The notes under the pieces: model-generated | What the model saw: only the letters and a program-made list of their open reading frames with translations | Database searches by the model: none | Told to the model about the DNA's origin: nothing | IMG/VR virus record: IMGVR_UViG_2915168811_000001 | DNA from: a virus | DNA length: 64,000 bases | Direction: 5' to 3' (one strand) | Position numbers and translations under genes: made by a program | Part shown: piece after piece, positions 9,422 to 19,227 of the stretch | Numbering within the stretch: the stretch's first letter is position 1 | How the letters are laid out: each line of letters opens with the position of its first letter

Positions 9422-9976
9422 ATGACCACCAGCACCGACATAGAGACCACACCCAGCGCCTGGATCGGCTGCCTCGCCTGCTACAACAACGGACGACTCG
9501 TAGGCGCGTGGTTCGATGCCGAGACTGCCGACACCGTGACTCTCGCAGATGTCCACGACGGCGCGAACCACGTGCGCCGAGACTGTGAGGAGATGTGGGT
9601 GCTGGACCATGAGAACATCCCTACCAAGGGCGAGATGAGTCCCTCGGAGGCCGCCGAGTGGGGTCGCGTCATCGTCTCGGTCCCCGAGCGCGATCGTCCG
9701 GCGCTGTGCGCTTGGGTCGCGTCCGGCGACTACATCGCGGAAGGAGCGGGAGACATTCCGTCGGTGAACGACTTCGAGGAACGGTACGCCGGACATTGGG
9801 ACAGCTTCCGCGACTACGCCGTGGACTTCGCAGAGGACATCGGGTTGCTGAACGACGCGCCAGAAACGCTGGCAACCTACTTCGACTGGGATGCCTGGGC
9901 TCGCGATTTGGCGATGGATTACACGACAGTGGCAGCAGGCGGTGGATGCGGCGTGTACGTCTTCCGCGCCCTGTGA
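9422..9976 (+). CDS. ardA: Antirestriction protein ArdA
   Basis: WIGCLACYNNGRLVGAWFD ... YFDWDAWARDL; acidic. Confidence 0.92.
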   Translation: MTTSTDIETTPSAWIGCLACYNNGRLVGAWFDAETADTVTLADVHDGANHVRRDCEEMWVLDHENIPTKGEMSPSEAAEWGRVIVSVPERDRPALCAWVASGDYIAEGAGDIPSVNDFEERYAGHWDSFRDYAVDFAEDIGLLNDAPETLATYFDWDAWARDLAMDYTTVAAGGGCGVYVFRAL

Positions 9977-9988
9977 GAGGAGGCGGTC

Positions 9989-10180
9989 ATGAGCGCAGAG
10001 TCCAACGCCCACAGCCACGCCCAGGACTTCCGTTGGTGGGTCGGCAACCCCGAGATGAGCGACGAGGAAGCGCACTTGCATGATCTACTCGCCCTGCATC
10101 GGGCGACGGGCGATCTGATCCGTGAGCAGCGTGACATCCTCGGGCATTATGACACCGACGTCGAACCTGCCCTCGTCTAG
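9989..10180 (+). CDS. Small hypothetical protein, 3' end probably created by a deletion
   Basis: SD GAGGAGG; runs into the antisense recombinase remnant. Confidence 0.5.
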   Translation: MSAESNAHSHAQDFRWWVGNPEMSDEEAHLHDLLALHRATGDLIREQRDILGHYDTDVEPALV

Positions 10181-10411
10181 GTCATCTACGAGCTGGGCGA
10201 ACCCCTCCCGTCCGCGTCTCGCATACCGAGAGGCCGAGCGGTCGTCATCACGGTACGACTGCGGGTGTGCTGACCAACCCTGGTCGGAGATCGCACGGAT
10301 GTTGTCGTCGTGCTGCTGGTCGGTGCTCTTGCCCCGACCCTTAGCGTCTTTGGAGACCCTCAGGTACTCCCTGGCTACCGTCTTGCGGGTCGTGCTCTTC
10401 TGACTACTCAT
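10160..10411 (-). pseudogene. Truncated large serine recombinase (N-terminal catalytic fragment)
   Basis: EYLRVS, YRDDDRSAS, REGFAQLVDDL; similarity stops after ~85 aa (left limit approximate). Confidence 0.8.
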
Positions 10412-10440
10412 CACTCACATCTATTAATAACTATATCTCC

Positions 10441-11220
10441 GGCGAGTACCGCCAGGTGGGTTCCACCTGCGCCAAGGACTTCCTCGGCTGGTCCGGGAAC
10501 CCCGTCTGGATCGACGAGGAGAAGGTGCGCGACGAGATCGATGCCGCCATCGGCACCGGCGGGGATCTGTCCTGGACACCACGCACTGTGCTGGCGGCGG
10601 CGATCGCGGCTGTGGCCGCGTGCGGCTGGGCGCCAGCCTCCTGGGATGGCGTCACGACCGCGGAGCGTGTCCGTGTACTTCTCGGCGGAGGTCGCACGAA
10701 GCGTGACAGCGAGCTCGTCGAGGGAATCTCTGAACATATTGACGCCGCAGAAGCTCAGGTGGACGCTGACCTCGCGGACGCACTGGCCCTCTCCTCATCC
10801 GCGCGCGACGGGTATGTCGCGAACCTGCACTCCGCCCTCGCGGCTGACGCGGTCACGCCGCGCACGTTCGGTTTGATCTGCTCCGCGGTCTCGTACCTGG
10901 CGCGCGAACGCCAGGAGACCGCCATCCGGGCAAAAGGCGAGGCTTTTGAGCCGGAATGGCTCGGCGAGATCAACGAGAAGATCACCTTCTCAGGCCAGGT
11001 CACAACCTGCATGCCCGTGGAAGGGTTCGCCTACGGAACCACTGAAATGTTCGTCATCGTGACCACGGAGACCGCCTTGGTGAAGTTCACGACCGCAGCC
11101 CGCTGGGCTGACGACCTGAAGCGCGGCGACCAGGTCACACTGACCGCCAAGGTGAAGAAGCACGACGGATACAACAAGAAGAAGCAGACCGTCGTCACCC
11201 GGCCGAAGCCGGTGAAGTGA
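10441..11220 (+). pseudogene. 3' part of the split gene, with OB-fold-like C-terminus
   Basis: In frame with 5241-5645; ends VTLTAKVKKHDGYNKKKQTVVTRP. Confidence 0.85.
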
Positions 11221-11279
11221 CCACGCCCGTCACGTAGGTTCGCCCGCACCGTGCGCTGTCTGGGCTACTGTGTGAGGCG

Positions 11280-11906
11280 ATGACCTCCTCAGACATTGAA
11301 CGACGTACGCAGCTCAGCGAGCTGAACATGGCGGTGGCGCGCGCCGTCGGGACTCATCCGCAATGCATCACTGCGGTGGCAATTCTCGTCGAGCTCGGGC
11401 GCCTGAAAGGGTTCGATCTTGTTCCCCGCGCGGTCTCCGTCTCGGGTAGATCTGGTGCTACTTTCCTTGCGACCGGTGGGGCAGCGAAAGCCTCACTGAT
11501 CCGTCAGGGTGTCCCCGTTGAGTCGATGGCGACTCAAAAGGCGATGGTGAGCGACGGCTTCGTGGACTCACCGTTCCTCAACTCGGGCCACATGGTCGCG
11601 ATCGATGAAACGTCGAGGACACTTCTGGATCCGTCCTTCTCGCAGTTTTCAAGAGCAGGCTTCCCCATGGCTGGCATTACAGCGAAATTTGGGGATGGAG
11701 CAAAAACACTAGAGATGCCACTGTCCGAGGACAGTTTCGTCGTCTATCACCTGGACGCAGATACCGGCGGCTGGCGCGATCAGTACGAATTCGCGCAAGC
11801 GCACATCGGTTCGATGCCGTCCGAGATCTCGGATCATCTCAGTGCTGGCGGCGACCCGCTCACGCACAGCGTATGCCTCGGCCTGGACGGCTCTATCCTC
11901 GTCTGA
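11280..11906 (+). CDS. Hypothetical protein
   Basis: 208-aa ORF; TACTGT -10-like hexamer 8 nt upstream of ATG. Confidence 0.6.
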   Translation: MTSSDIERRTQLSELNMAVARAVGTHPQCITAVAILVELGRLKGFDLVPRAVSVSGRSGATFLATGGAAKASLIRQGVPVESMATQKAMVSDGFVDSPFLNSGHMVAIDETSRTLLDPSFSQFSRAGFPMAGITAKFGDGAKTLEMPLSEDSFVVYHLDADTGGWRDQYEFAQAHIGSMPSEISDHLSAGGDPLTHSVCLGLDGSILV

Positions 11907-11949
11907 CGGTCCAGATTTTCGTCCCTGCTTCGTCTTTGGAGCGCTCACG

Positions 11950-11961
11950 CCGCGCATCACT
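11950..11961 (+). promoter_or_regulatory. Class I box + hairpin
   Basis: CCGCGCATCACT; GCTGC-AGATC-GCGGC. Confidence 0.75.
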
Positions 11962-11998
11962 CCGGTGACGCTGCAGATCGCGGCCGGAAGGCGGACCC

Positions 11999-12250
11999 GT
12001 GAAGATCAAGACCCTTTGGGCAACCCGGAAATCTTGGGAGGGCCCTCCGGAGCTTCTCATCGCCCAGGACGAAGCCGGCATGGACGACAACTTCGAATGG
12101 TTCGCTGAGCGGCAGGCCATCGAACTGAAGGCAATGGGCGATGACCTCGGCGAGCACCGCGTCATCATGCTTGAGGTCGACGGATCGGCGATCGAGCGCG
12201 CGTTCACTGCGCCGACAGTTCCCGGGACAGTGCAGGGCACGACGTCGTGA
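11999..12250 (+). CDS. Hypothetical protein
   Basis: SD GGAAGG; follows box. Confidence 0.65.
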   Translation: MKIKTLWATRKSWEGPPELLIAQDEAGMDDNFEWFAERQAIELKAMGDDLGEHRVIMLEVDGSAIERAFTAPTVPGTVQGTTS

Positions 12251-12293
12251 ACACCCTCCCCGGAGTGCTGGCCTGACCTCAACCGCGAGTAGG

Positions 12294-12305
12294 CCGCGCA
12301 TCACT
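12294..12305 (+). promoter_or_regulatory. Class I box + hairpin
   Basis: CCGCGCATCACT; GGCTGCA-CGG-TGCGGCC. Confidence 0.75.
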
Positions 12306-12346
12306 GTGGTGAGGCTGCACGGTGCGGCCGGACAGGACGTCGCCTC

Positions 12347-12931
12347 ATGAGCATGAGAATGCTTGACCTCAACGACACCCTCACTCGGGATGTGTTTGTG
12401 CGCAGTTTGGTGCCGACCGAGACTTTCACTGTCAACTCAGTGAACCCCTATGGAGGCCAGCCCGAGAACACCCTGCTGTGGGTGCCGATCGCTGCGCTGC
12501 TCGGCGGGGCATGGATCGGCAGGCCGGTGAGCGATCTCGTGAAACTTACCGCAGCCGCAGCGTTCGACGATCCGTTCGGAGCTCCGAGATACCAGGTGTG
12601 GTCGCACGAGGTCGCAACCGGTGTGCCTCTGCGGATGCAACTGCGTGGTCTTGAGCAGGTCATTTACATAACCATGCTGCTTTGCCATGAGGCTTACGTG
12701 ATGCCTGCGCCGAGCTTTTCCTGCAAGCGCTGCGGGGCTGGGGTTGAACGGAAGCCGGAGCACTGGACGAGATGTGCTGGCTGCGGTTGGTCACGCAGGT
12801 GGGTCGTCGACCTGCATGCGCCCTGGCTCACCCTCGACCCACTCGAGCTTCACTTTGATCGAGAAGACGAGCGCCTCGTCACCGTCTGGTCCGACGAAAT
12901 CGCTACCAACCGCTCCAAAGGAGTCTCATGA
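12347..12931 (+). CDS. Hypothetical Zn-ribbon protein
   Basis: CKRC...CAGC. Confidence 0.6.
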   Translation: MSMRMLDLNDTLTRDVFVRSLVPTETFTVNSVNPYGGQPENTLLWVPIAALLGGAWIGRPVSDLVKLTAAAAFDDPFGAPRYQVWSHEVATGVPLRMQLRGLEQVIYITMLLCHEAYVMPAPSFSCKRCGAGVERKPEHWTRCAGCGWSRRWVVDLHAPWLTLDPLELHFDREDERLVTVWSDEIATNRSKGVS

Positions 12932-14043
12932 AACAGCTCTACTCCGGCGACCTGCGCGCCTACCCCGGCATCCCTGACCGCTGGTCTGGGCACAAGCGGG
13001 AGTACGCCGCGCGAGTGCTTAGCCTCCTCCAGAATGTGACGCCGGACCGCGACTTCACACCTGACCCAGAAGCGGACATCGAAGACTTCTGGGAGGACGC
13101 CGTCCGCCTTGCTGCGTCGTTCGTCGCCAGCCGCGGGGAGATGGATGTCGTCACCGGGAAGATCAAATGGTCTCCCGACGAACTCGAGCGCCGGTTGGGG
13201 CCAATCAGCTGGGATGAGGTCGGAGGGCGTCATTCCCGCGACCCGTTCATTGCGCACCCGTTGGTCCTGAAATACGGCGGCCGCGCAATGTCGCTCGCCA
13301 CTCATTGCAGCGAATGGCCTGACGACCCTTCCGGGGAGCGGGGCCCGCTCGACGAGGTCGACACTCTGGTGGACTGGATTGTCGCACGGAACGCGGCAGG
13401 GGTATCCGACGTCGTGGTGAAGAACGCACAGAGCAAGAGCGGCATCTGGGTGCTCCCGACCAGTTCGGACCGCGCCGAGGTGCGCGCTTGTGTGAGCCGC
13501 GCTCTCGAATGGACGGCCGTCAGGCTCGACGGTCTACGTGACGCACTGCTCGTGCAGGACATGGTCGACCTGGAGAGCGAGGTCCGCTTCTTCGTGGTCG
13601 ACGGCGAGGTCGTCACCGCGGCCGGCAACGTCGAGGAGTTCACTCCCCTGGACATGGTGTCCCGCCCGGATGACGGCTTGAGTGTCGAGCTCGGGGCCTA
13701 TGTGGATGCGCGTCTGCGCGTGCACCGCGGACACCTCACGCAGGGAGGCCCGTCCGAAATCATCCACGCCCCGGACACCATGCGCGCCCAGTTCCTTGCC
13801 GCGAAGCAGATCGCGGCCGAGCACGGCGGCACCATCGTGCTCGACATGGCGATGCTTGACGGCAGTCCCGTCCTGGTCGAAATCAACGAGCTCACGAACT
13901 CCGGGCTGTACGCATCCGATCCGTGGGCGGTTGCTCGGCGGCTGGTGACAGCCAAGGACCGCGGGTACGGGCAGCTGCGCGACAACCCGATCGGCGGCAT
14001 CGTGTTTCGCCAGAACGGGTGCGGCCGCGCATCACTGGAGTGA
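12928..14043 (+). CDS. ATP-grasp domain protein (R2K/DUF4343-like)
   Basis: EVRFFVVDG, VLDMA, LVEINELTNSGLY. Confidence 0.7.
   Translation: MKQLYSGDLRAYPGIPDRWSGHKREYAARVLSLLQNVTPDRDFTPDPEADIEDFWEDAVRLAASFVASRGEMDVVTGKIKWSPDELERRLGPISWDEVGGRHSRDPFIAHPLVLKYGGRAMSLATHCSEWPDDPSGERGPLDEVDTLVDWIVARNAAGVSDVVVKNAQSKSGIWVLPTSSDRAEVRACVSRALEWTAVRLDGLRDALLVQDMVDLESEVRFFVVDGEVVTAAGNVEEFTPLDMVSRPDDGLSVELGAYVDARLRVHRGHLTQGGPSEIIHAPDTMRAQFLAAKQIAAEHGGTIVLDMAMLDGSPVLVEINELTNSGLYASDPWAVARRLVTAKDRGYGQLRDNPIGGIVFRQNGCGRASLE
14025..14036 (+). promoter_or_regulatory. Class I box + hairpin
   Basis: Inside the last codons (RASLE*) of the upstream gene; GCCCGC-GCCC-GCGGGC. Confidence 0.75.
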
Positions 14044-14073
14044 GCCCGCGCCCGCGGGCCCCGAAAGGCACCC

Positions 14074-14412
14074 ATGTTTGAGCGCATCCCAGCTGGCATT
14101 CGCGAGCGAGCCGTTGTCGCGTATGCCAACGCGACGGAGTACCCACGCGTATTTGCCTACGACGAACTGACCGAGTTCGAGCTGGCGAAGTTCGAAGGGG
14201 ACGTCGAAGAAATCCACTACGCCCTGTTTGAGGCAGCCACTGGCAAGGACTGGGACGCGGTCCTCGCCGCGGCGGTCCGCCACCTGTACACGGTGTGCGC
14301 GCCTTCCGGGGATGGGGCAGGGCCGTTCGACACGCTCTCCGCCGAGGATCTCGCCTGGTGGCAGGACCGGGTCAAGCGGCCCGCCGAAATCCTGAAGGAG
14401 GCAGCGCGATGA
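14074..14412 (+). CDS. Hypothetical protein
   Basis: SD GAAAGG; follows box. Confidence 0.65.
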   Translation: MFERIPAGIRERAVVAYANATEYPRVFAYDELTEFELAKFEGDVEEIHYALFEAATGKDWDAVLAAAVRHLYTVCAPSGDGAGPFDTLSAEDLAWWQDRVKRPAEILKEAAR

Positions 14413-14963
14413 ATGACGCCGAGCTTCACGCTGAACACGAGCGGTGGATCCAAACTCCTGGCCGCAAAGAGTTCGCCGTCTACCCGCGCAAAGCGCACCG
14501 CGACTTCTACATGATCACCGCCGAGCCTGACGGTTCGTTCGCTTGGGCCTGGTTCGACTTGGATGTGCGCGTCCCCGCCGAGCTGAGCACGTCCACGTTC
14601 CCGACGGCCGCCGGTGCACTGCGGTCTGCGGCCGATAACTTCGAGGATTGTTCAGGCGTCAACCCCACCCTTCCTCCAACCATGCGCGCCGCGGCGACGC
14701 GGCTGGAGAAGGTGCACGCCGACCCGGAGCCGACCTCCCCCGAACCAGCTGCGGCAGTTCCCACGATCCAATGGGTCTCGGACCGCCTCCGCTGCGGCAT
14801 GGACCTCGACCCGACGGAGTTCGGTGATTCCGAAGCTGACGGTGTCCGCTTGGACTCCTCAGGCCGCGAGTACATCCGGATCACGCGGTTCAGTGAGGAT
14901 GGGCAGAAGCTCGGCTACGCTCGCCTGTACGCCACCTTCCAGCTTGAGGAGCTCCCCGTATGA
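14409..14963 (+). CDS. Hypothetical protein
   Basis: SD AAGGAGG; ATGA overlap. Confidence 0.6.
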   Translation: MNDAELHAEHERWIQTPGRKEFAVYPRKAHRDFYMITAEPDGSFAWAWFDLDVRVPAELSTSTFPTAAGALRSAADNFEDCSGVNPTLPPTMRAAATRLEKVHADPEPTSPEPAAAVPTIQWVSDRLRCGMDLDPTEFGDSEADGVRLDSSGREYIRITRFSEDGQKLGYARLYATFQLEELPV

Positions 14964-15784
14964 CTCGAATCACGGTCGAACTTGGAGACATCACCCGTCA
15001 GAGAGTGGACGCAATCGTGAACGCGGCGAACCGTGCCATGCGTGGCGGCGGAGGCGTCGACGGCGCGATTCACCGCGCCGGCGGGCCCGCTGTGCTCGCG
15101 GAGTGCGTGGAACGATTCCCGCGCGGGCTCGACACCGGAGATGCCGGATGGACGATCGCAGGCAACATGCCAGCCGGGCACGTGATCCACACCGTCGGCC
15201 CGAACTTCGGTGCAGGCGAGACTGACCCGCAGCTGCTCACATCCTGCTACCGGCGTTCCCTCGAAGTCGCCGACGAGCTCGGTGCGAAGACCGTCGCCTT
15301 CCCGCTGATCAGCGCCGGCATCTACCGCTGGCCGATCCAGAGCGCTGTGGAGATCGCGATCGACACCGTGGCTCAGTCCCCCACCCGTGTCGACGAGGTT
15401 CGTTTCGTGGCGTTCGATCAGGCGATCTATGACCGGCTCCGCGCCGCCGCGCTGGCCGTGTCCCCGCCGGAGGTCGCGCCGGGATCCATCGGAGCTCTGT
15501 TCGATCCTGAACCGGCCCAGTGGGGGTACCGCGGCGACCCGTACCTGTGGCGGGAGCTGCGCGCACAGACCGCGGACGTCCCCGTTCCTGCCACCGCCGA
15601 CGAGCTGAAAGCGGACCTGCTGGAGCGTATCTCCCGCATCTGCGACCTGAACGAAGAGGACGCTTCGCAGGTGCCGGCGTTCAACCCCGGGCACGGAATG
15701 TCGGCCGGGCAGGTCAACACCCAATGGTGGCTCAACATCGGACTCCCCGCCATAGTCGGCGAGGCGTTCAGGCCGGGCAAGTGA
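14960..15784 (+). CDS. Macrodomain ADP-ribose hydrolase (YmdB-like) with an extra C-terminal domain
   Basis: GDIT, IVNAAN, GGGGVDGAIH, VIHTVGP, FPLISAGIY; C-terminal QWGYRGDPYLW domain. Confidence 0.92.
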   Translation: MTRITVELGDITRQRVDAIVNAANRAMRGGGGVDGAIHRAGGPAVLAECVERFPRGLDTGDAGWTIAGNMPAGHVIHTVGPNFGAGETDPQLLTSCYRRSLEVADELGAKTVAFPLISAGIYRWPIQSAVEIAIDTVAQSPTRVDEVRFVAFDQAIYDRLRAAALAVSPPEVAPGSIGALFDPEPAQWGYRGDPYLWRELRAQTADVPVPATADELKADLLERISRICDLNEEDASQVPAFNPGHGMSAGQVNTQWWLNIGLPAIVGEAFRPGK

Positions 15785-15791
15785 CATCGTT

Positions 15792-15980
15792 ATGGAGCCG
15801 GATGATTGGGATGCGCTGCCTGACTCGCAGCGCCAGCTTGTCCGCGACGCCATTGAGGCCGAGCGCGAAAGTCTGGTCTCAGCGATCCGGGATGCGCAAA
15901 GTCCGGAGGTCGCTGAGACCAGGCAGCGGGAGCTCGCGCAGATCGACGCATTGTCGGCTGACATTCACCGTAAGGAGTAG
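15792..15980 (+). CDS. Small hypothetical protein
   Basis: 62-aa co-directional ORF. Confidence 0.4.
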   Translation: MEPDDWDALPDSQRQLVRDAIEAERESLVSAIRDAQSPEVAETRQRELAQIDALSADIHRKE

Positions 15981-16066
15981 GCGCACTTTCTGGCGCTGAC
16001 CGGCGACGCCACGCGCGGCTGCTCCTGTCGCGTTGCCGGTGTCTGAAGCTCGGCGTACACTTCGAG

Positions 16067-16082
16067 TCGAACACATGTTCGA
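16067..16082. promoter_or_regulatory. LexA (SOS) box
   Basis: TCGAAC-ACAT-GTTCGA, the actinobacterial consensus, just upstream of umuD. Confidence 0.92.
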
Positions 16083-16097
16083 GCGAAAGTGGAGAAA

Positions 16098-16538
16098 ATG
16101 CGAACACTCGAGGGGGCCCCGACTCCCTACTGGGGACCGTTTCCCTCGATGCCTGCCGCGTCCGAAGCTGTTCAGGCCGGCTTCCCCTCCCCCGCCCAGG
16201 ACTACTTCGACGGCGACCTTGACCTCGGGGAGCTGCTCATGCCGAGCCGGGTGTCCTCATACGTCGTCACGGCTGCCGGCGACTCCATGATTCGCGCCGG
16301 CATCTTCGACGGCGACAAGCTCATCATCGACCGCGCCATCAACGCGATCAGCGGCCACGTCGTGATTGCCGTGCTCGACGGCGAGCTCACCGTCAAACGC
16401 CTCTCCATCGACGCTGGCGGACAGGTGGTCCTGCGCGCCGAGAACCCCCTCTACCCTGACATCCAGATCCACGGCCTGGCCGACCTCACCGTGTGGGGCG
16501 TTGTGACCTGGGTGCTTCACCGACCTTCCCGTGTGTGA
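16098..16538 (+). CDS. umuD: UmuD-like S24 peptidase, Pol V subunit
   Basis: AGFPSPA cleavage site, GDSM (Ser), TVKRL (Lys). Confidence 0.93.
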   Translation: MRTLEGAPTPYWGPFPSMPAASEAVQAGFPSPAQDYFDGDLDLGELLMPSRVSSYVVTAAGDSMIRAGIFDGDKLIIDRAINAISGHVVIAVLDGELTVKRLSIDAGGQVVLRAENPLYPDIQIHGLADLTVWGVVTWVLHRPSRV

Positions 16539-16542
16539 GGAT

Positions 16543-17772
16543 CTACCCCGGGGTTCGACGCCCGGCGCGTTCGGCGAACCTGTCGATGGCGTCAAGCACC
16601 GCCTGCGCCCGCCACACTGCAGGACCGTTGTGCTCCGTCTTCATCGCAAGCACCCCGCTGTCCTTCAGCTCTCGCAGCGCCCGATAGATGTTCTCATTCG
16701 AGACCCCAACGCCCAGCGCCGCCGCCTCGGCGGTGAAGGCCGGATGCTCCATCGCGTAGTCAAGGATCCGCAGCTTCGCGCTGCCGGCCCGCGGCCTGCT
16801 CGCTTCCAGCCATTGATCCCGGACTTCATCGAGTTCGGACATGAGCTGTCGTCCATTCGGCACAGCCCTGAGGCTGGCGGACGCGAACTGCTCGACGATC
16901 GGCGACAGGTTCCCGCTCCGGAACTCGTTCAATGCCTCGTGGTACCCCTCGATGTCAGTGAGCAGCCCCGCCGACACCGGCACGGCGACGTTGCGCGTCA
17001 GCCCGCTCCCTCGAAGCATCCCCTGAGCGAGCGCGCGGCCGGTACGGCCATTGCCGTCGCTGAACGGGTGGATGGTTTCAAATTGGGCGTGCGCGGTCGC
17101 GACATGCAGCAGCGGTGTGATGTCGTCCCGGCCCGCATACTCGGCAAGGTCCGCCATCAGCTCGGGTACTCGACCGGCCGCCGGCGCCACGAACTCCGCG
17201 CCGATGGGGCTCTCGTTCTTCTTGCCGATCCACACCTGATCCGCTCGGAAGTGACCAGGAGTGTGCCGCACCTGCCCGTCCATCAGGACGCGATGCATCT
17301 CCAGTATTGCCGAGACGCTCAGGTCATCAGAGAGCCCGATCGCCGTGATCATGGCCCGGGTGTTGGCGACAATTTCAGAAGCGTTGCGCTTGCCGCCGCC
17401 CACCGCTTCAGCCGTGAAGATCTGCCGAGCGGACGCGGTCAAATGCTCGATCTGGGAGGAGGAAGCTGCCTCGGAGCGCAGCAGGATCGGCCCGAACGCT
17501 TGCAGGCGGCTCCCGGACGCTTCATCGAATCGAGCCAGCTCAGCCTCCGCCTCCTGGGCGAGCTTCGTCGTCGCAGCGTCGACCGTCGGCGACAACGCGG
17601 CAATGAAGGGCGGCACCGCGGCTTCGTACTTTTCGTTCAAGTTGAAGTGCCGGGAAGCCGCGGGGCCCATCGTCGCCGTAGGTCCACTGGCCCAGACCAG
17701 TTCTTCGTACTCGAGCGCCGGCCACGCCTCACCGACACCTCCGAGCGCATCGCCATTCGGCAGTGTCCGCAT
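16543..17772 (-). CDS. Fic-family protein
   Basis: HPFSDGNGRTGR; N-terminal SSSQIEH inhibitory-helix-like motif; C-terminal HTH. Confidence 0.92.
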   Translation of the reverse strand: MRTLPNGDALGGVGEAWPALEYEELVWASGPTATMGPAASRHFNLNEKYEAAVPPFIAALSPTVDAATTKLAQEAEAELARFDEASGSRLQAFGPILLRSEAASSSQIEHLTASARQIFTAEAVGGGKRNASEIVANTRAMITAIGLSDDLSVSAILEMHRVLMDGQVRHTPGHFRADQVWIGKKNESPIGAEFVAPAAGRVPELMADLAEYAGRDDITPLLHVATAHAQFETIHPFSDGNGRTGRALAQGMLRGSGLTRNVAVPVSAGLLTDIEGYHEALNEFRSGNLSPIVEQFASASLRAVPNGRQLMSELDEVRDQWLEASRPRAGSAKLRILDYAMEHPAFTAEAAALGVGVSNENIYRALRELKDSGVLAMKTEHNGPAVWRAQAVLDAIDRFAERAGRRTPG

Positions 17773-17875
17773 GCGAGTTCCGTACCTTCCGTCTTGCGGC
17801 CTTGGCCGATCCACTCGCGTCCACCACTTTCGATAACTGACAACCTGATGCCCCAAAACTATCACTTAGTCACAC

Positions 17876-17908
17876 AAGTGACAATGAAGGCCGGTTTCGT
17901 TGTCACTT
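17876..17908. repeat. 13-bp inverted repeat between divergent fic and umuC
   Basis: AAGTGACAATGAA-N7-TTCGTTGTCACTT (12/13 match). Confidence 0.7.
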
Positions 17909-17924
17909 ATTCGGGGTCAACGAC

Positions 17925-19214
17925 GTGACCGGGCCACTTCAGCAGATAGCGCTGATCGACTGCGTCTCGTTCTACGCGGCCTGCGAGCGCGTGTTCGAGC
18001 CGAAGCTGCTGGGAGTCCCAATAGTTGTACTTTCAAATAATGACGGATGTGTAGTAGCGGCGAGCACCGAAGCGAAGGCTTTGGATCGCGAAATTATGGG
18101 CAAGCCCTGGTTTCAAATCGAAGGCTGGTGCAAGGCGAAAGGGGTGATCGCCCGGTCTTCGAACTACGAGCTGTACGGCAGCTTGTCGGCGCGGGTCATG
18201 GAGATCATTGGGCGCTATTCAGCATGGTCCGAGATTTATTCAATCGATGAGTCGTTCGTAGGGCTCCGCGGCACCCCCGCCGAGCTCACCCGCGTCGGTC
18301 AGGCCATCAGGGCGGACGTGCTCAAATGCACCGGGGTGCCCGTCCGCGTCGCCATCGGACGCACGAAGACTCTCGCGAAAGTCGCAGCGATCGGCATCAA
18401 GAAGAGCCCGGCCATGAACGGGGTCCTGCACCTCGGCGGGTACAGCGACGACGTCCTCTCCCAGATCCTCGGCACCATCCCCACCACGGACCTGTGGGGT
18501 GTCGCCGGCCGCACCGGCAAGAAGCTCACCGCGATGGGGATCCACACCGCGCGCGACCTGCGCGACGCCGACGCGAAAGCGATCCGGAAGAAGTTCAGCG
18601 TCGTCATGGAGCGCACCGTCATGGAACTGCGGGGCGAGCCGTGCATCCCGCTCGAAGACCAGCCGCCGCCCCACAAGGAGCAGCTGATCTTCTCCCGATC
18701 CTTCTCGAAGAAGATCGTCGACCTCGCCGAGCTTGAGCAGGTCCTCGCGATCTACGCGCAGCGCGTGTCCGGCCGGCTGCGCGCACAGAACCTCGTCGCG
18801 ACACAGCTGCAAGCATGGGCGGCGACCGGCTGGGCGCAAAGCGGACCCTCCCACTCCCCTAGCGTCTCCGTCTCGCTCGGCGTCCCGACCGACGACCCGA
18901 TCCATCTCGCACGGGCCGCAAAACAGCTGATGCCGCGCGCGCTCCCCGACATGCGTTACGCCCGCGCCGGCGTCGTGCTCACAGGCCTGCAGCCCAAAAC
19001 CGGGCTCGCCCCACTGTCCCTATTCGAGCCAGAGTTCGAAGGGCGCAAAGTCGGCGAGACGCTCGACGCCATCACCCAGAAGCTCGGCGACGGCGCGATC
19101 GGTGTCGGCCGCGGAGGCCTCAAACGGCCGTCCTCCTGGGAGATGAAGCGAGAGATGCTCTCCAAACGAGCCACCACCCACTGGGACGAGCTCGCGGTCG
19201 TTAATGCCAGCTAG
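17925..19214 (+). CDS. umuC: UmuC-like Y-family DNA polymerase
   Basis: DCVSFYAACE, SNNDGC, YSIDESF, W.MKRE.LS C-terminus. Confidence 0.95.
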   Translation: MTGPLQQIALIDCVSFYAACERVFEPKLLGVPIVVLSNNDGCVVAASTEAKALDREIMGKPWFQIEGWCKAKGVIARSSNYELYGSLSARVMEIIGRYSAWSEIYSIDESFVGLRGTPAELTRVGQAIRADVLKCTGVPVRVAIGRTKTLAKVAAIGIKKSPAMNGVLHLGGYSDDVLSQILGTIPTTDLWGVAGRTGKKLTAMGIHTARDLRDADAKAIRKKFSVVMERTVMELRGEPCIPLEDQPPPHKEQLIFSRSFSKKIVDLAELEQVLAIYAQRVSGRLRAQNLVATQLQAWAATGWAQSGPSHSPSVSVSLGVPTDDPIHLARAAKQLMPRALPDMRYARAGVVLTGLQPKTGLAPLSLFEPEFEGRKVGETLDAITQKLGDGAIGVGRGGLKRPSSWEMKREMLSKRATTHWDELAVVNAS

Positions 19215-19227
19215 ACTCACTCCGTCG

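Larger units (their letters stand above)
5646..10440. mobile_element. Defective serine-recombinase integrative element carrying RM and ArdA
   Basis: TCC at both junctions (5643-5645, 10438-10440), imperfect terminal inverted repeats, truncated recombinase at the right end. Confidence 0.85.

Noticed and set aside
16531-17928. 465-aa + strand ORF
   Set aside because: Antisense shadow of the fic gene, which has the complete catalytic motif
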